Positions 50,678-62,970 of a stretch of DNA of 64,000 bases are shown here, piece by piece. The position numbers and the translations under genes were made by a program. The notes under the pieces are model-generated. The model was not told the origin of the DNA and searched no databases. It saw nothing but the letters and a program-made list of their open reading frames with translations. The stretch's first letter is position 1; every line of letters starts with the position of its first letter. This DNA comes from Xylographa opegraphella. Taxonomy: Eukaryota. The stretch covers positions 1 through 64,000 of the forward strand of contig JALDZX010000029.1 of NCBI GenBank assembly GCA_022813865.1. Reading direction: 5' to 3'.

Positions 50678-52697
50678 GTTTGGGAAAAGAGTCAGCTGTT
50701 TCGGGGATTTTGCCTCTAAGGTCCAGTGGAGATGGCATGTCGTGGGAGCGGGTGGAACGAGAAATGAAAGGCGGTAAGTTTGGAAGCGTCGTGATCCGGA
50801 ACCGGAAGGGAAGCTAGGCCAGATAGGGGCCAAGTCAGGGCAGAATCGAGCGGACAGGCGTTGGAGCCACGGGCGTGAAAGATAGAGTTCAAGGAAGTTG
50901 GCTGAATGACAGGGGCAAGCACACACACGCGGGACCAGCGTGTCCGGCCCGCTTCTAAAAATTGTCTCAACTGCACAATCATAGATACTGCTGTATACAT
51001 CATCATGCACTGCTGGGCCGATATCTCATCCGTGACCCGTCTCGCCCAAAAGCGTGCCCGCCCGCATCGCATGGCGGTGGAACGAGAAGGCGTGTTCGTG
51101 GTGTTCAAGCTGCACCGGAGGCGACAGGTGGGACAGTCGGCGACGGACCAACGGCGGACAATCGGCGACGTACGCCAAGGCCTTTTTGGCGGGGGATTGA
51201 AATCTCGTTAGAGTTTCTCCTCTCCACCTCGTCCCTCGACGGAGGCCTCTCGCCGGCGAGCTTGGAATGAGCCGGAAGAAAATGTGGGGGGACGGAACGG
51301 CACCAAGGAAAGCGCGCTATTGATTCGGGCTCACTAAGGTAAGTTAAACGAGCTCTAGCGTCGACGCTTGAGGGTGGCGTCCCCCTTTCTACCCAGACTC
51401 CCAAACGACAACAACACGAAACGCCTGAACAATTCCTCCGGTTGTGAGCGACACAGGTGGAGGGATCTGATGTGGAGGGGATGCAACCCAGATTACCAAT
51501 AATGCCGTGCCTCTCATCCGTCCACGACCCCACGTCCTCGCCTTCTCCTGGAGGGCCTGCCAAACCAACGATGCAGATCATTTAAATATAAAGTGTCGGC
51601 CTCAATCCTGAGAGATTCGCAGTGGATGGGATCCCGGACTGCTTAGCAAAGGGCGAAGTCGCTGTTTGTCCCGTGGGTTATGCTTAGGTGGACTGCCCGC
51701 GGAAGGGTGGTACGACCACTCACAACTCCCCACAACGCGTGAAAAGCTGAAGCGATGGTGCGCGACGAGGGCCGCCCCCATCGTCGAGAACCTTGGCTCT
51801 AGGGGCCGCGGTGCAACGTGTTTTAGGGGCGTGTCGGCAGTCTCTGCTCTCCCACCCACCTGAAATGGCCCCCTTTCACATCTGAGAATAGGGGCGACGT
51901 TTGTGCTTGCAATTTCTGATCCTCCCATGCCAAGCCCAAACTGCCGTCACCATTTCAAATGTGGACGAGCTTCGCGGCACTCATCGGTCAGATCAGCGGA
52001 AACCCCCACATGAGAATATTTCGATGTTCCTTCTCGGTAGCCATCTTTCGTCGGAGCTACCATGGCCATGGTGGTGGACTTGTGCCCACTGACGGCCATA
52101 CGCTGCGGATTTGAGGTCCCGGCCGTCGCAGGTGGCTGGCTGCGGGCGTCCTGTGGGACTGTGCACGTGCCTCTGAAGCTGTGTGATGGAAGCTGCAGGC
52201 AAGGCTTTGGAGCCTGGAGTCCAGACTTTGGGATCTGTTTATCGAGCTCGAGTTTTGTAGATAAGGGTGCTCGGCTCGCAAACGTCGGGGCCCAACCGTC
52301 ACCGCAAGTGGGCTGGGAGGGTGCTCTAATCGTCAAGTGGCCATTCCGCCCAGGGTGGCAGCCTCATCTACGATCCGCCCACGATGCGGACAGGAGGATT
52401 GGTGGCCGACTGACATTGGGACTTCGGCGAGAACCACTCAAAAGTTACATCAACGGGTAGAGTGACATTGGCATCTTGTTATCAATTTATGCTAGGTGTA
52501 TCGCCGTCGTGCCTCCGATTATTCCACCCTACGAACAAGAACCCCCGCCCCCCAATATGGCGGGCGAACTGTCTCGTGCACGTAGCCAAACTCCAGTCCC
52601 GACCCTACGGCATCTAGATGACCCTCAAGAAGTGAAACGCCAGCACGTCTATGATTAGTGCGCAGAACAACATGTAATCCGTGCAAATGAAAATCTA

Positions 52698-54135
52698 TCA
52701 GCAACCATTGTAGCCTTGTTGCTGCCACATCTTCACACTGGTAACCTTCATCTGACCATTGGTTTCCCACGTGGGTTCCCAGGCCGCCCTGGCTTTCCAG
52801 AATTCCAGCTTCGCCGAGGGGTCCGCGTCCACCCATGGCTTGCCAGAAGCGCCGTCTTGGAACCATCCATTTGTTCCTCCGACGGCGACGTTGAGGATCA
52901 AGTAGAATTCCTGGTCAAACGGAGTTCCGTCTCGGCCAGTCTTGCTCCACGGATTATCGATGGCGGTACCGTTGGAATCGGAGAGAGGGAAGTTGCCCTG
53001 CTGCCACAACGGTTGGTTGAAATTGGTATACAGAACTTGGAGGAGACGAGTGTCGATGTAGGTGAAGATGTATTTCTCGCTCCATTCGACACCGAAGGTG
53101 TGACTGGTGGCAGAGAAAGTGGTGTGAAGAGCATTTCGCTTCACATTCGTCCTCCACCAAGCATCATTCGCGGGGTTAGGTCCCCAATGCAGCGCACTCG
53201 ACATGATGTTGTTGCCTCCCTGCGCATAGGTGTAGTTGTTGCCTCGTGACTCGCAAATATCGATCTCACCCGATTCTGGCCATGGGCCATACACGCTGTC
53301 AACCGGTAACATCCATATTGCAGGCCACAGCCAGTCGCCTTGCGGTAGGGTAGCTGTGACTTCAACTCGTCCATACTTGATTGTGGCGCCTTTCTTTGTG
53401 TTGATACGTCCAGACTTGACAGGGTTGACAATAGTGCCGTTGGTGACATTGGTGACGGCAACACAGTTGGACCAGATGTCAGATGTACACCCGTTCTTGA
53501 GAAGATTTATGACGTTATTAGTCTCAACCAGGTTCGCTTCTTGAAGCGTGGGTTTGATGATAAGAGCTCCGTCTTGGATAAAGACATTCTCGTCGGTGTT
53601 GGTTGTCTGCTCGAATTCTCCGTTCCTGGGTCACATTAGCTCCACCCGATTGAGTTCCAGAAAAAAGAGCTCACCCGAATCCACCAACCTCAACCTCTTT
53701 AGTCCAAACCTTGGTGTTGAATCCTTCGGACCAGTTTTCGTCGAGCACGGGACAATAAGTATGATTGACCACGGTTTGCAGACCATCAAAGATCAGGAAA
53801 GCAGCGAGAGCAAAGCCGACCACGATGCCAATGATGGGAATGATGGTCACCCATTTCTCTCGCGGATCTTTCTTGTTCATCCATGGCCGCTCCACTTCGC
53901 CCTTCTTCACTCTCCTCGAGTGGAAGTATCTCTGGGCAAGGACTTGCTGGTTGAGATCAACGGCGGACGACGACGGACCAAGCGAGCCAGGCCGGGACTG
54001 GAAAGGAGAGTTGAAAGGGTTCGTTCGTGGTGCTGGGGTGATATCATCGCGGAATGGCGAGGCATCTGGAGAGTAACTTCGCATGGGAGTGCTGGAAGCG
54101 GTGGTTTGGGTTGTGTGGGGATTCGAATAGTCCAT
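52698..54135 (-). CDS. Membrane-anchored glycoside hydrolase family 16 (beta-1,3-glucan-binding protein/laminarinase-like)
   Basis: Cytosolic N-terminus with YFHSRR; TM segment WVTIIPIIGIVVGFALAAFLIF; EVEVGGFG|NGEFEQTT; GDWLWPAIWMLP; catalytic WPESGEIDICE; PFDQEFYLILNVAVGG. One intron. Confidence 0.92.
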
Positions 54136-54497
54136 CGTTAAGAGTAGGTTGAGGTCGATCCTCAGCAATTGCAACCACAGACCAGATCAGAAGGATACTC
54201 CAAGCAAGTAGTTACAACAAACGAAAGGATTGAGAACGAATGTATGTTTCACACCCACGCGAGATGAAAAGCGAGCGTACGGGTGATGCCAAGGCAATGG
54301 TGTGAGGCAGGCTGGGTATATCTAGGAGTCAAGACAGGAGTAAGCAGCAACGGACTGCCGAATGGGCGCTTGATCGAATGCTGCTATCGGGAGCCATTCC
54401 AGGGGAGCAAACGGCCCCTGTTCAAGGGAGCAAAGCGTGGGCCAGCAAAACTTGGATGGAAAAGAGCTGGGAAGGCTAGCGCCACCGGATTGCTATT

Positions 54498-54519
54498 ATT
54501 GATTGATTGATTGATTGAT
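54498..54519. repeat. (ATTG)n microsatellite upstream of GH16
   Basis: About five copies, read directly. Confidence 0.85.
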
Positions 54520-57500
54520 CGGGATGGGCGTTGAGGTCGGGGGCCTGGAACGAGCATCACTTAATCGGACTGGCACCGCCTGTGTGAGCGACACGACTTC
54601 TCTTGCGGGCCTCGTGTGGTATGTGGATCCTTTTGGTGCGGCATGCTATGGGCCATGGCTTGGATTGGCATGTGGGTGTCGGGTGGGTCTGAGTCCTGCT
54701 TCATTTCAGGGTGGGAAGTTCAACAGTCACACAACCCTTCGCGTCAGTGACGAGAGGACGGCTAGCCGAGCCGTAAGGAGGCGAGTGGAGGACGACCTGG
54801 ATGCCACGGCCACTCGAATTAGAGTTCAATAACTTCCGCACCCTCACACGCACATGCAGCGGCCAGCATCGAAGGTACTGAAGTAATACGAGCTCACGAG
54901 CCACAACCTCGCACATGCTGTCCCCGCGACTGCCACGCCAATCGTGCTATTAATGGGATCGAGGTCGCTCGAGGGACCCTCGATTGGGGGCGTCAGATGG
55001 ACACGACATGCTCGTCGTCTTTGGTGGTGATCTCTTTTCGTCGTCGCACTTGAAACATTGTCATTTGTTACGCGGGGCTGCTTCCGCCAATACCGGATGG
55101 TGGTTTGACTGTCCACTAAACTGCATTTACGCGCAAAACACCGCCCTCAGAACGAATCAGACCTGGATGTCCGATGAAGGCCGCCCTGCATCTCTCATCC
55201 TGCTGGATCAGCCTCGGAGCACGATAATACATGCGAAGCAACGAGAGTTCTCGCGATTCCAGCCTATCTGATACATGGCCTAGTACCAGTTCACGCGCGG
55301 CACGCAGAACCACAGGATTTACGCAAGAACAGCTCAAGAGGTTGTCTTCAGTACGTACGTACGCAGTACAACAGGCTACGTTTCCTTCCTACCCCAATGT
55401 TCAAGAATTAGCTGCAGCGATCTTGTTTCCAACCATAGCGACGGCACGGCACCGACGGGCACATATCGTTGCAACCGGGCTGGCTAATTATAGCTTCCGC
55501 ATCTTCGTATACTGCCAGGTCCAACGTATCTTTGGGCTTGACTGGATCGACGATCCTATCTTGACCTCAATGGAGCGTATCGTACTGCGCTGCGTGCCAG
55601 CTCATGAAGCTTGAATTAGTTTTGATTGCGGGACCGAGAAGATGACCCATAGTCGTCCGGCCTTTGCGGCAAGGTGCTTGAATCGGCCAACAATGCCCAC
55701 GCAAGCGACAGCGTGCTAAGCAATCCTGCGTCTTGTAAGCTTATTCCTTTGCACCTTGCAGTACCCGGGTGGCGAGAGGCCTAAAGGACTCCGAAATCTC
55801 GCCGATCACCTTGCACAATAATGCACGTTACATGGATAACCGTTGCAACCTGATGGCGACGAGAGTCACGAAGCCCCGAAACCTACCCGCAATTGTCGTG
55901 GCCGGACATACCAAGGTATGTAAGTGCCTACCTTGTGTATTTATTATTATTATTGGCCGAGTCTGCGAGGGAGAGGCTGTAAGATACGAGCCATGTTTTT
56001 TGCCCTGCATACGTGCTTTTTCGCCTGTTCCGTTCGCTGCGAAGCGAGAAAAGCTCAATCATCATTGTCAGTCTACGGGATCGTAAATATAGACCGACGA
56101 TCTCCCCAATTGGAACTCTCCCGTCCTTTTTGTTCTTCCTCTTGTAACCAGTGTCAATCGACCTCGGGTGTCGAAGTGTGATCGTCCAGAATCATGCAGA
56201 CGAGAGTGCACCGCCTTCTGCGGTGGCCGTTGCACTGTACTGACTGAATGAGCGCCCGGGTACCACCATTGCGGACAGGTGTGCATGTGGGGGACCATAA
56301 GCACTTCGCACGCTGGAGCACGCCTTGGCTGTCGAAGCATTCTGAGCCTGTAGCTGATCCGTTCCTCCAAAACTAGATCCAAACTCTCTGCTGCGTCTTT
56401 GCGCTTCTTATCTAGCACTGTCTATCGTGCCCAAAGCGAGAAGCTCCGTTTCAATTCCTAGTGTGAGCGCCTGCCTAACTTCTTTATATGCGACGTCTGC
56501 CTCCGCTGGTACTACGGTGTGGTGGCAAACGTTGATGGCGTTGAGATCGTGCATCCACCACGTCAGCTTGCTCCATGGCGGTTGGTATGATTCAAATTTG
56601 AATTATCAGTGCGGCTTATCTTGCGTTATGTGGCTGTTTTCTTACATGCCGACCTATCCATTTCCTGGAGGCGTTTGTAGCCTTCTTGTGTATCGATGCA
56701 AGACGCGTACAGCACTGTCCCAATTGTGTCCATAGAAGAAAACGATTCAGCCATGTAGTCGCAGGAGAGAAATATAAACCTCACTATAGCTTACACATAC
56801 ATACAGGCTAGTCACGGTTTGTGGCAGGAGGCCAGCCATAGGTATCCAAACTCAACCATTCTCGTGGAGTGTACGAGACTAAGCTTCTTATACTACCTAT
56901 CTTCAAGGGTGCAGGCAACAAGACTCAAACCTTTTTAAAATGAGGAGCCACTTCTGATTTCTCGGTCTCATATGTGTAAATATTTCTGTATTGATTTTTT
57001 TGATTGAATTTTCTTATTCAATATCGGAACTAGTTCCGGAGGAGCCGGTAGGCCCCTTTCATACCAGCCAGGCTCGGTCTTGCTATGGCTTGTGCTTCTG
57101 CATCCTGGAACATAACGTGCCATTTCCAGCTCGTGGCCCGTCGTAGCTACTCGTTCCTACACACAACGCATATCTGAGTACTACCGTCATGATTAGCATG
57201 TCGGCATATCTCCCCAACTCTATCAAACTCTATCGATTCCGATACGACTCTCTTCTCTTCCTCGAATTGTTGGAACATTGTCCGTGATGTTTGTCTCTCC
57301 CAAAGGCCTGAATGGCTTATGATCTCACAGCTTTGCAGTAAACCCATGCTACCTCCTGGAGTCGCAGAACTTGGAGGGTGGGAAGAGTGAAGAGACCGAG
57401 GACAGCTATCATGTCGATACGAGGATCCTCAAACTACGTTTCAGTCGTGGTTTTGAGATCTCTAGATCTTATGTATCTGTTAGTTAGCAATTCGAACGTC

Positions 57501-57895
57501 ACAACTGTCAAACGCTAGTACCAAGGGGCGTGCAGCTCTAAGACAAAGAGACCACCACAATCATCCTTTCGTCCTCGTCCCGATAGATGGCAATAAAGAC
57601 TTCGTAGACGGGAGAGGCATGGATCCTGATAGATAGCAAAAACGACTTCATAGACCGAAAGTATCTGGATCGATATATTGAAGGCACAGTGACATATGTA
57701 AACCTATACGTAGTATGCGTAAGATGTACTGCCCTAATCTGGAGCTACGTGCTCTTCGAATTGGTTTTCATATGCCGCCAGCCACTCACGAGCACTTTCT
57801 GCCCAATTTCGACATGCCCCGAGATTTATTTGTAATCAGACATGGCTTAGACAAAAGGTATATATCTGACTATAAGGAACTGATCATTATTCTTC

Positions 57896-57988
57896 GCCCG
57901 GGTGGCACAATTGGTTAGCGCGTGGGCCTTTTATCTCCTTGTGGAGAGCGATAGCCCAAGGTTGAGGGTTCGAGCCCCTCCTCGGGCG
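57896..57988 (+). tRNA. tRNA-Lys(UUU) with 19-nt intron (57934-57952)
   Basis: Acceptor stem GCCCGGG/CTCGGGC with G discriminator; anticodon stem TGGGC/GCCCA; anticodon TTT at 57930-57932; T-arm GAGGG-TTCGAGC-CCCTC; Pol III terminator TTTTT at 58001. Confidence 0.93.
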
Positions 57989-59191
57989 ACACTGTATTCA
58001 TTTTTGCATTTTTGTTGCTCTTTACAAAAAGTTGCGCTGCTGGTATTCGGCAAGCGATTTCTTTTTGTGATAGCAACAAGGGGGATGTTTTGGCAGCGAG
58101 GCAGCGACGAATTTAAGCGACTTTCGATAGGAACTCCAGAATTTTCAAACAGTAACCGAGCCGACGGTTGGGACTCGAAACTCCCAATATTGGTGAGAAC
58201 CAAAAGTTCTTCAGACTCGACAGCCAGCGGCTCACCTCTGTATACCACATGATCGCGGTGCTCGATAGGTCTATTTTCTTTCGCAAATTGTCTTGCCAGA
58301 TCTCGGCCTGAATCTCCTCCACACAGCGTGAACGCAGGAGTCAGTTTCAATGACTCCCATTTGTACTTATTCTTTTTGTAACCACGAATATCGTGTGGAG
58401 TGTTAGTTTGGCGGCCGCCAGCATATCCAATATGAGCGAATCGCTGTCAGGATGAGTGCCCTACCTAGGTTGGACGGAGTTGCATTACTGTGGCATCTGC
58501 GCTGCAGAAGTCATGCTGAGGCTGCTGGCCGTTCTGCCTTGGCTCACGTCCATAAGTTTGAGCTTTTAGCCATCGCAGCTTGGAGGTCCAGGCAGTCCCA
58601 GAGACTGGAGGCACCGCGCGTTGTTCTTCTGTTGTGTAACCGATGACAGCTTTGCTTGCGCACGACCGGACCGTTGGGTGTCAGATCTCAAGCATTCCGG
58701 AAAGAGCTGTCTAACCCTTGGATCGCCGAAACGTGTTGGCGATTGCGTGTGCTTATTGCTTTCTGTTATGATCTCTCCGAGCGGTGTTCACCTGTGGTCT
58801 TGCCATATGCTGAGACGGACATCTTCTTGTCACTCACACTCTCTGTGCATGACCCTGTCCAATTGGGCAGTTGGCCTTAGGAACGGTCTCGTGGAACAGG
58901 AGTGTGTGAGCACAAAGGATGTCCCACCTTCGACATCGACGCATGTTGATTCTCACTGCTAGCGCCGTCGTTATATGGGCGAGAAAGGTTGAGAGCTGGG
59001 GTCGAGGAAGAATTTGTTATACTTCGATTATGTGTTAGTGCTACAAGTTCTATATATTCTATACTTTAATATCATCCTAAGCCTAACAGAGAAGGCGCCT
59101 TCATAGAAAATAAATCTTCTTCACTTCGAATGCGGTTGGTAATTTGCTTTCAGATGGCAATAAATACAGCCGTCACAGCATCTGCCTCGTC

Positions 59192-62113
59192 TTACCACTT
59201 GCCCTCCAGCGGTAGATCCCTCGAACTCTTCCCCACTCGGATGATGAATTCACCCCCAACAGGCATGACCCAATTCTGCTCTACAACACTCCAATAGCTC
59301 AAATCCTTCCTCGTTAAGCCCAAAGAGATCCGTTGACTCTCGCCAACGTCCAACTCAACCTTCTCGAATGCCCGGAGGACTTTGGTAGGGAACTCAATGG
59401 CCTCTCCAGTCGACTCTTCCAGAACGCCTGAGGGAAATGAGAGATAGAGCTGCACGACTTCCTTCCCCTTTCTATCTCCAGAATTGGTCAAAGTCAAGCT
59501 GACGTTGACATGGATATCGTAAAGAGATGGATTGCCCCCTTCCCCTCCACCCGCTTGAGAGGGAGCTTGTTTGACGGTGTATCCTTGAGGATATGGATAA
59601 TCACCTTTGTTGATCTCGTCGGTGCTTGAAATGTAAGGATACACATATTTCTTCAGTTTCCTAAAGTCTGCAGGGAATAGTGCAGTCGAAGGGTCCAGGG
59701 GTGGCGAATCGGATTTAGGAGGTTCGAGGTCATCTGGTCGTGGAGCTGGGAAACTTGATTTGGCTTTGGTGGTAGTCAGGGTTAGATCTGCAAACGCAAA
59801 GGTCGTGTATGAGAGACCAAAGCCGAATTCGAACCGTGGCGTGATGTCGAATTTGTCGAAATGGCGGTAGTCGATGTTCAAGCCTTCCGTGAAGTCTTGC
59901 TGTGGTACAGCACCGTTGGGGTAATAGAGTATCTGACCACCTTTGCCGTAGTCTTCTGGAGCCTTGGCAACAGTGTAAGGGAGGCGGCCGCTGGCATCCA
60001 TATCCCCGAACAGCACATCGACCAAAGCATTTCCACTCTCCTCTCCCGGTAAATGTGCAAGTAGAACAGCTTTGACCCCAGGTAGATCAACCCAATTATC
60101 CACGATGATTGGTCCTACGGCGTGAACCACCACCACAGTATCACTATCTCCGTTGCCACAGCTATCCGTAACCATCTGAACAAGAGAGTCGCCTCCCTTC
60201 TGCGCATAGAGATCGCTACGATCACCACGATTTCCATCCACAGTGCGGTAGCCTTCCCCCGCATCTGCATTGATAAAAACCAAACATAAGTCTTGATCAT
60301 GGATGATCTCCGGTGATTGCTTAAAGGGCGGATTGTTGGTGAGAAAACTGGTCATGTTTACACATTCTGACTCAAAAGCCGACTCCAGGGCTTGAATTGG
60401 CGAAACCAGATAAGGAAACTCTACAGCACCACTTCCCCAGCCAGAAGCGAGAGTGCCTTGATTACAGGCTCGATCTGGACAAGCATTCGGACCATCGCCC
60501 GGTCCTGCGTCTTCACCAAAGATACCGACTCTGTACTTTGTATCTGTAACCCACTGATTCGTCTCGGATCCACCCTTTCGACTCAAGGGTAATATATTGT
60601 TCTCGTTTTTTACCAGGACAATGCCCTCTGCTGCAATAGTCTGTGCCAATCGTCCATGAAAATCTTTGCCTGTTCCCTGGACATCGATGAACTTATTCAC
60701 AACCGCAATTGTCTGATCGTCGCTACCGAAATGAACCAACCCAACTTCATCATCTGTCCATGACGAGAAGTTTGGCCCGCCATCTCCTTCGGGTGGTGGA
60801 GATGGCCATACACTTTTGTCGTCTTGGCCAAGTTGGTACCATGCTGCTACGATTCTCATGGCCATATCATTAAGTCTTTCCATGGGCAATGATCCATTCA
60901 AGGCAGCCAGGGTGAGTTGTGGACCGAACAAAGAATTACCATCAGCCCAAAATAGCCCATCGCCAGGCATAGACATATCGAGACCCGCTAGAGCACTCGC
61001 CACTCCGCTCCTTTGCGCCAGCCAGTCGCTTTGCACAAAGCCTTGGAATCCAAGTTCATCTTTGAGAATACCATTCATTAACTTGCTGTTCCCACAAGCA
61101 TACGAGTTGTTCACTAGATTGTAGCTGCACATGACACTCGCCACACCTGCCTTGATGCTGGCCGCGAATGGCCAAAGATAGAGTTCATGCAGTGTCCGAT
61201 CGTCAACGTTGGAGGACATGGCATTCGGTAAACCCCATTCGAAGGATTGGCGGAAGTGCTCTTGCTCATTGACAATAAAGTGCTTGGCTGTTGCAATAAC
61301 GCCCTCATCCTGTATGCCTCTAATAGTCGCTGCCGCTGCCGCACCTTGGAGTACGGGATCTGAGCCGAATCCTTCCCAATTCCTGCCTCCTGCTGGCATT
61401 CGTCCTAAGGCCCCCATGCAAGGGCCCAGAAGGACGTTCACACCTTTGAGTCTGGCTTCTAATCCATGTGCTCTGCCTCGCTTGTACATTAAATCACGGT
61501 TCCACGTCGCTCCAACTGTGATACCAGCCGGAAAGGCAGTGCTGTGATCTGCAAATCGAATGCCGAGGGGCCCATCTTGAAGACAGAGCGGAGGGAATCC
61601 AACAGACATGGCTGGTGCAGTGTTCCCCACACACAGATCTTGGGACCAGCCAGTGCCAGTAGTGATGTTGACTTTCTCGACTAAGCTCATCTTCTCTACC
61701 ATAAGCGCTGCCTTTCGGTAGCTGTCTTGCCATGACTTTTGGGTGCCTCCGAGAGGAGTCGGGTACCATGGTGGAGAGAGTCCATCCAAGGGAGCGGTCT
61801 TGTACATATACAAGCCTGACCCAGATAATACTCCGATTAAGCCGCCGAGGAGTATTAGGATGATAATCACATTTTTCCGACTTGGTCGATAGCGAGTCCA
61901 CAATGACTGTTGACGCACGGCTTTGAATACCTTCTCAGACGATTGGCCATCTTTACCTGTGCCGGAGCTAATCCCCTTAGACCTGCCCTTGTATTCGAGC
62001 AGATCAAGCTCATCAAGACTTTCAAGTTCAGAGGAATACCCATCTGCGTGGGATGCTTCGTGTCCGTGCAGGAGACCTTCTCGACTGCTACTGAGCTCAT
62101 CTTCGCGTACCAT
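59192..62113 (-). CDS. bglE: GH3 beta-glucosidase, type II membrane-anchored (BglE-like)
   Basis: Intronless 973-aa ORF with an N-terminal TM (VIIILILLGGLIGVL). Motifs CLQDGPLGIR, GGRNWEGFG, VMCSYN, GFVQSDW (nucleophile), GIVLVKN and FEFGFGLSYT; FnIII-like tail. Confidence 0.92.
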   Translation of the reverse strand: MVREDELSSSREGLLHGHEASHADGYSSELESLDELDLLEYKGRSKGISSGTGKDGQSSEKVFKAVRQQSLWTRYRPSRKNVIIILILLGGLIGVLSGSGLYMYKTAPLDGLSPPWYPTPLGGTQKSWQDSYRKAALMVEKMSLVEKVNITTGTGWSQDLCVGNTAPAMSVGFPPLCLQDGPLGIRFADHSTAFPAGITVGATWNRDLMYKRGRAHGLEARLKGVNVLLGPCMGALGRMPAGGRNWEGFGSDPVLQGAAAAATIRGIQDEGVIATAKHFIVNEQEHFRQSFEWGLPNAMSSNVDDRTLHELYLWPFAASIKAGVASVMCSYNLVNNSYACGNSKLMNGILKDELGFQGFVQSDWLAQRSGVASALAGLDMSMPGDGLFWADGNSLFGPQLTLAALNGSLPMERLNDMAMRIVAAWYQLGQDDKSVWPSPPPEGDGGPNFSSWTDDEVGLVHFGSDDQTIAVVNKFIDVQGTGKDFHGRLAQTIAAEGIVLVKNENNILPLSRKGGSETNQWVTDTKYRVGIFGEDAGPGDGPNACPDRACNQGTLASGWGSGAVEFPYLVSPIQALESAFESECVNMTSFLTNNPPFKQSPEIIHDQDLCLVFINADAGEGYRTVDGNRGDRSDLYAQKGGDSLVQMVTDSCGNGDSDTVVVVHAVGPIIVDNWVDLPGVKAVLLAHLPGEESGNALVDVLFGDMDASGRLPYTVAKAPEDYGKGGQILYYPNGAVPQQDFTEGLNIDYRHFDKFDITPRFEFGFGLSYTTFAFADLTLTTTKAKSSFPAPRPDDLEPPKSDSPPLDPSTALFPADFRKLKKYVYPYISSTDEINKGDYPYPQGYTVKQAPSQAGGGEGGNPSLYDIHVNVSLTLTNSGDRKGKEVVQLYLSFPSGVLEESTGEAIEFPTKVLRAFEKVELDVGESQRISLGLTRKDLSYWSVVEQNWVMPVGGEFIIRVGKSSRDLPLEGKW

Positions 62114-62970
62114 CTGACTCGGGTATTAGCACTACGGAAACGACTTGTTTGCTAAGCTTAGAAGTCATACATTATTGTCCGAAATTTGTGGAAATCAAAT
62201 ATACAATGCAAGACTGTTAAATAGGATGTCTAATGGTCCGGCTAAGTTGCCATATACCAAAACGAACCAGGATATACAGATTGCCGTGTCCTGAAAATCA
62301 TCAATTGGGTTCCTCACTTCTGCCTTTGTGGGATATTTATTACAACGAGATGACAATCTCTCTATCCAAAATGAGAGGTTGCGGAACTTCGGGATATTTC
62401 AACCCGTCTGGAAGTCCTTACCCGAGTAATGGTTACCTAAGGGTATGCTCAGAGTCAGTGCGCCGGGAGTCAGAGCCGGACTTCCGCGTATGCTGCAACA
62501 ACCCTTACGGCTTAGAAGGATCACTCGATGTACTTTGCCAGTGCATTCGAGAACGATCGACCGATACAGCCGTATTAAATTCAGTCGTTCCCAAGGCATT
62601 CAAACTATGAGGCAACTCAATTTTCCCATCGAGTAGGACTTGTCTGGTGGGACAGCTATCACAAACACCTACTATTTCTAACCACAGTCATATTTGCCCT
62701 CTATTCTGGGCAGTAAACTTTTTTGAATCTGAAGGCAGATAGATGCCCTGCTATAATACCCGAACCTCCATAAGACATAAACAGCCATGGTTGCGACACG
62801 CATAATAAGTTCAGAGCAAATAGGTATCCACAAGCCAGAGATCGTAAGCACCATCACAAAGCAATTTATCTGGGAAATCAAGAATATGATGAATACCAGA
62901 AAGCAAGCTCGCCATCAGCGAGGAACCTCCATAGTTACCAGTGAAACGACTTCCTTTTCCAAGAATCAGG

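Noticed and set aside
49180..52660. Many short overlapping ORFs between GT2 and GH16
   Set aside because: Expected by chance in GC-rich intergenic DNA; no domain or splice-consistent model.
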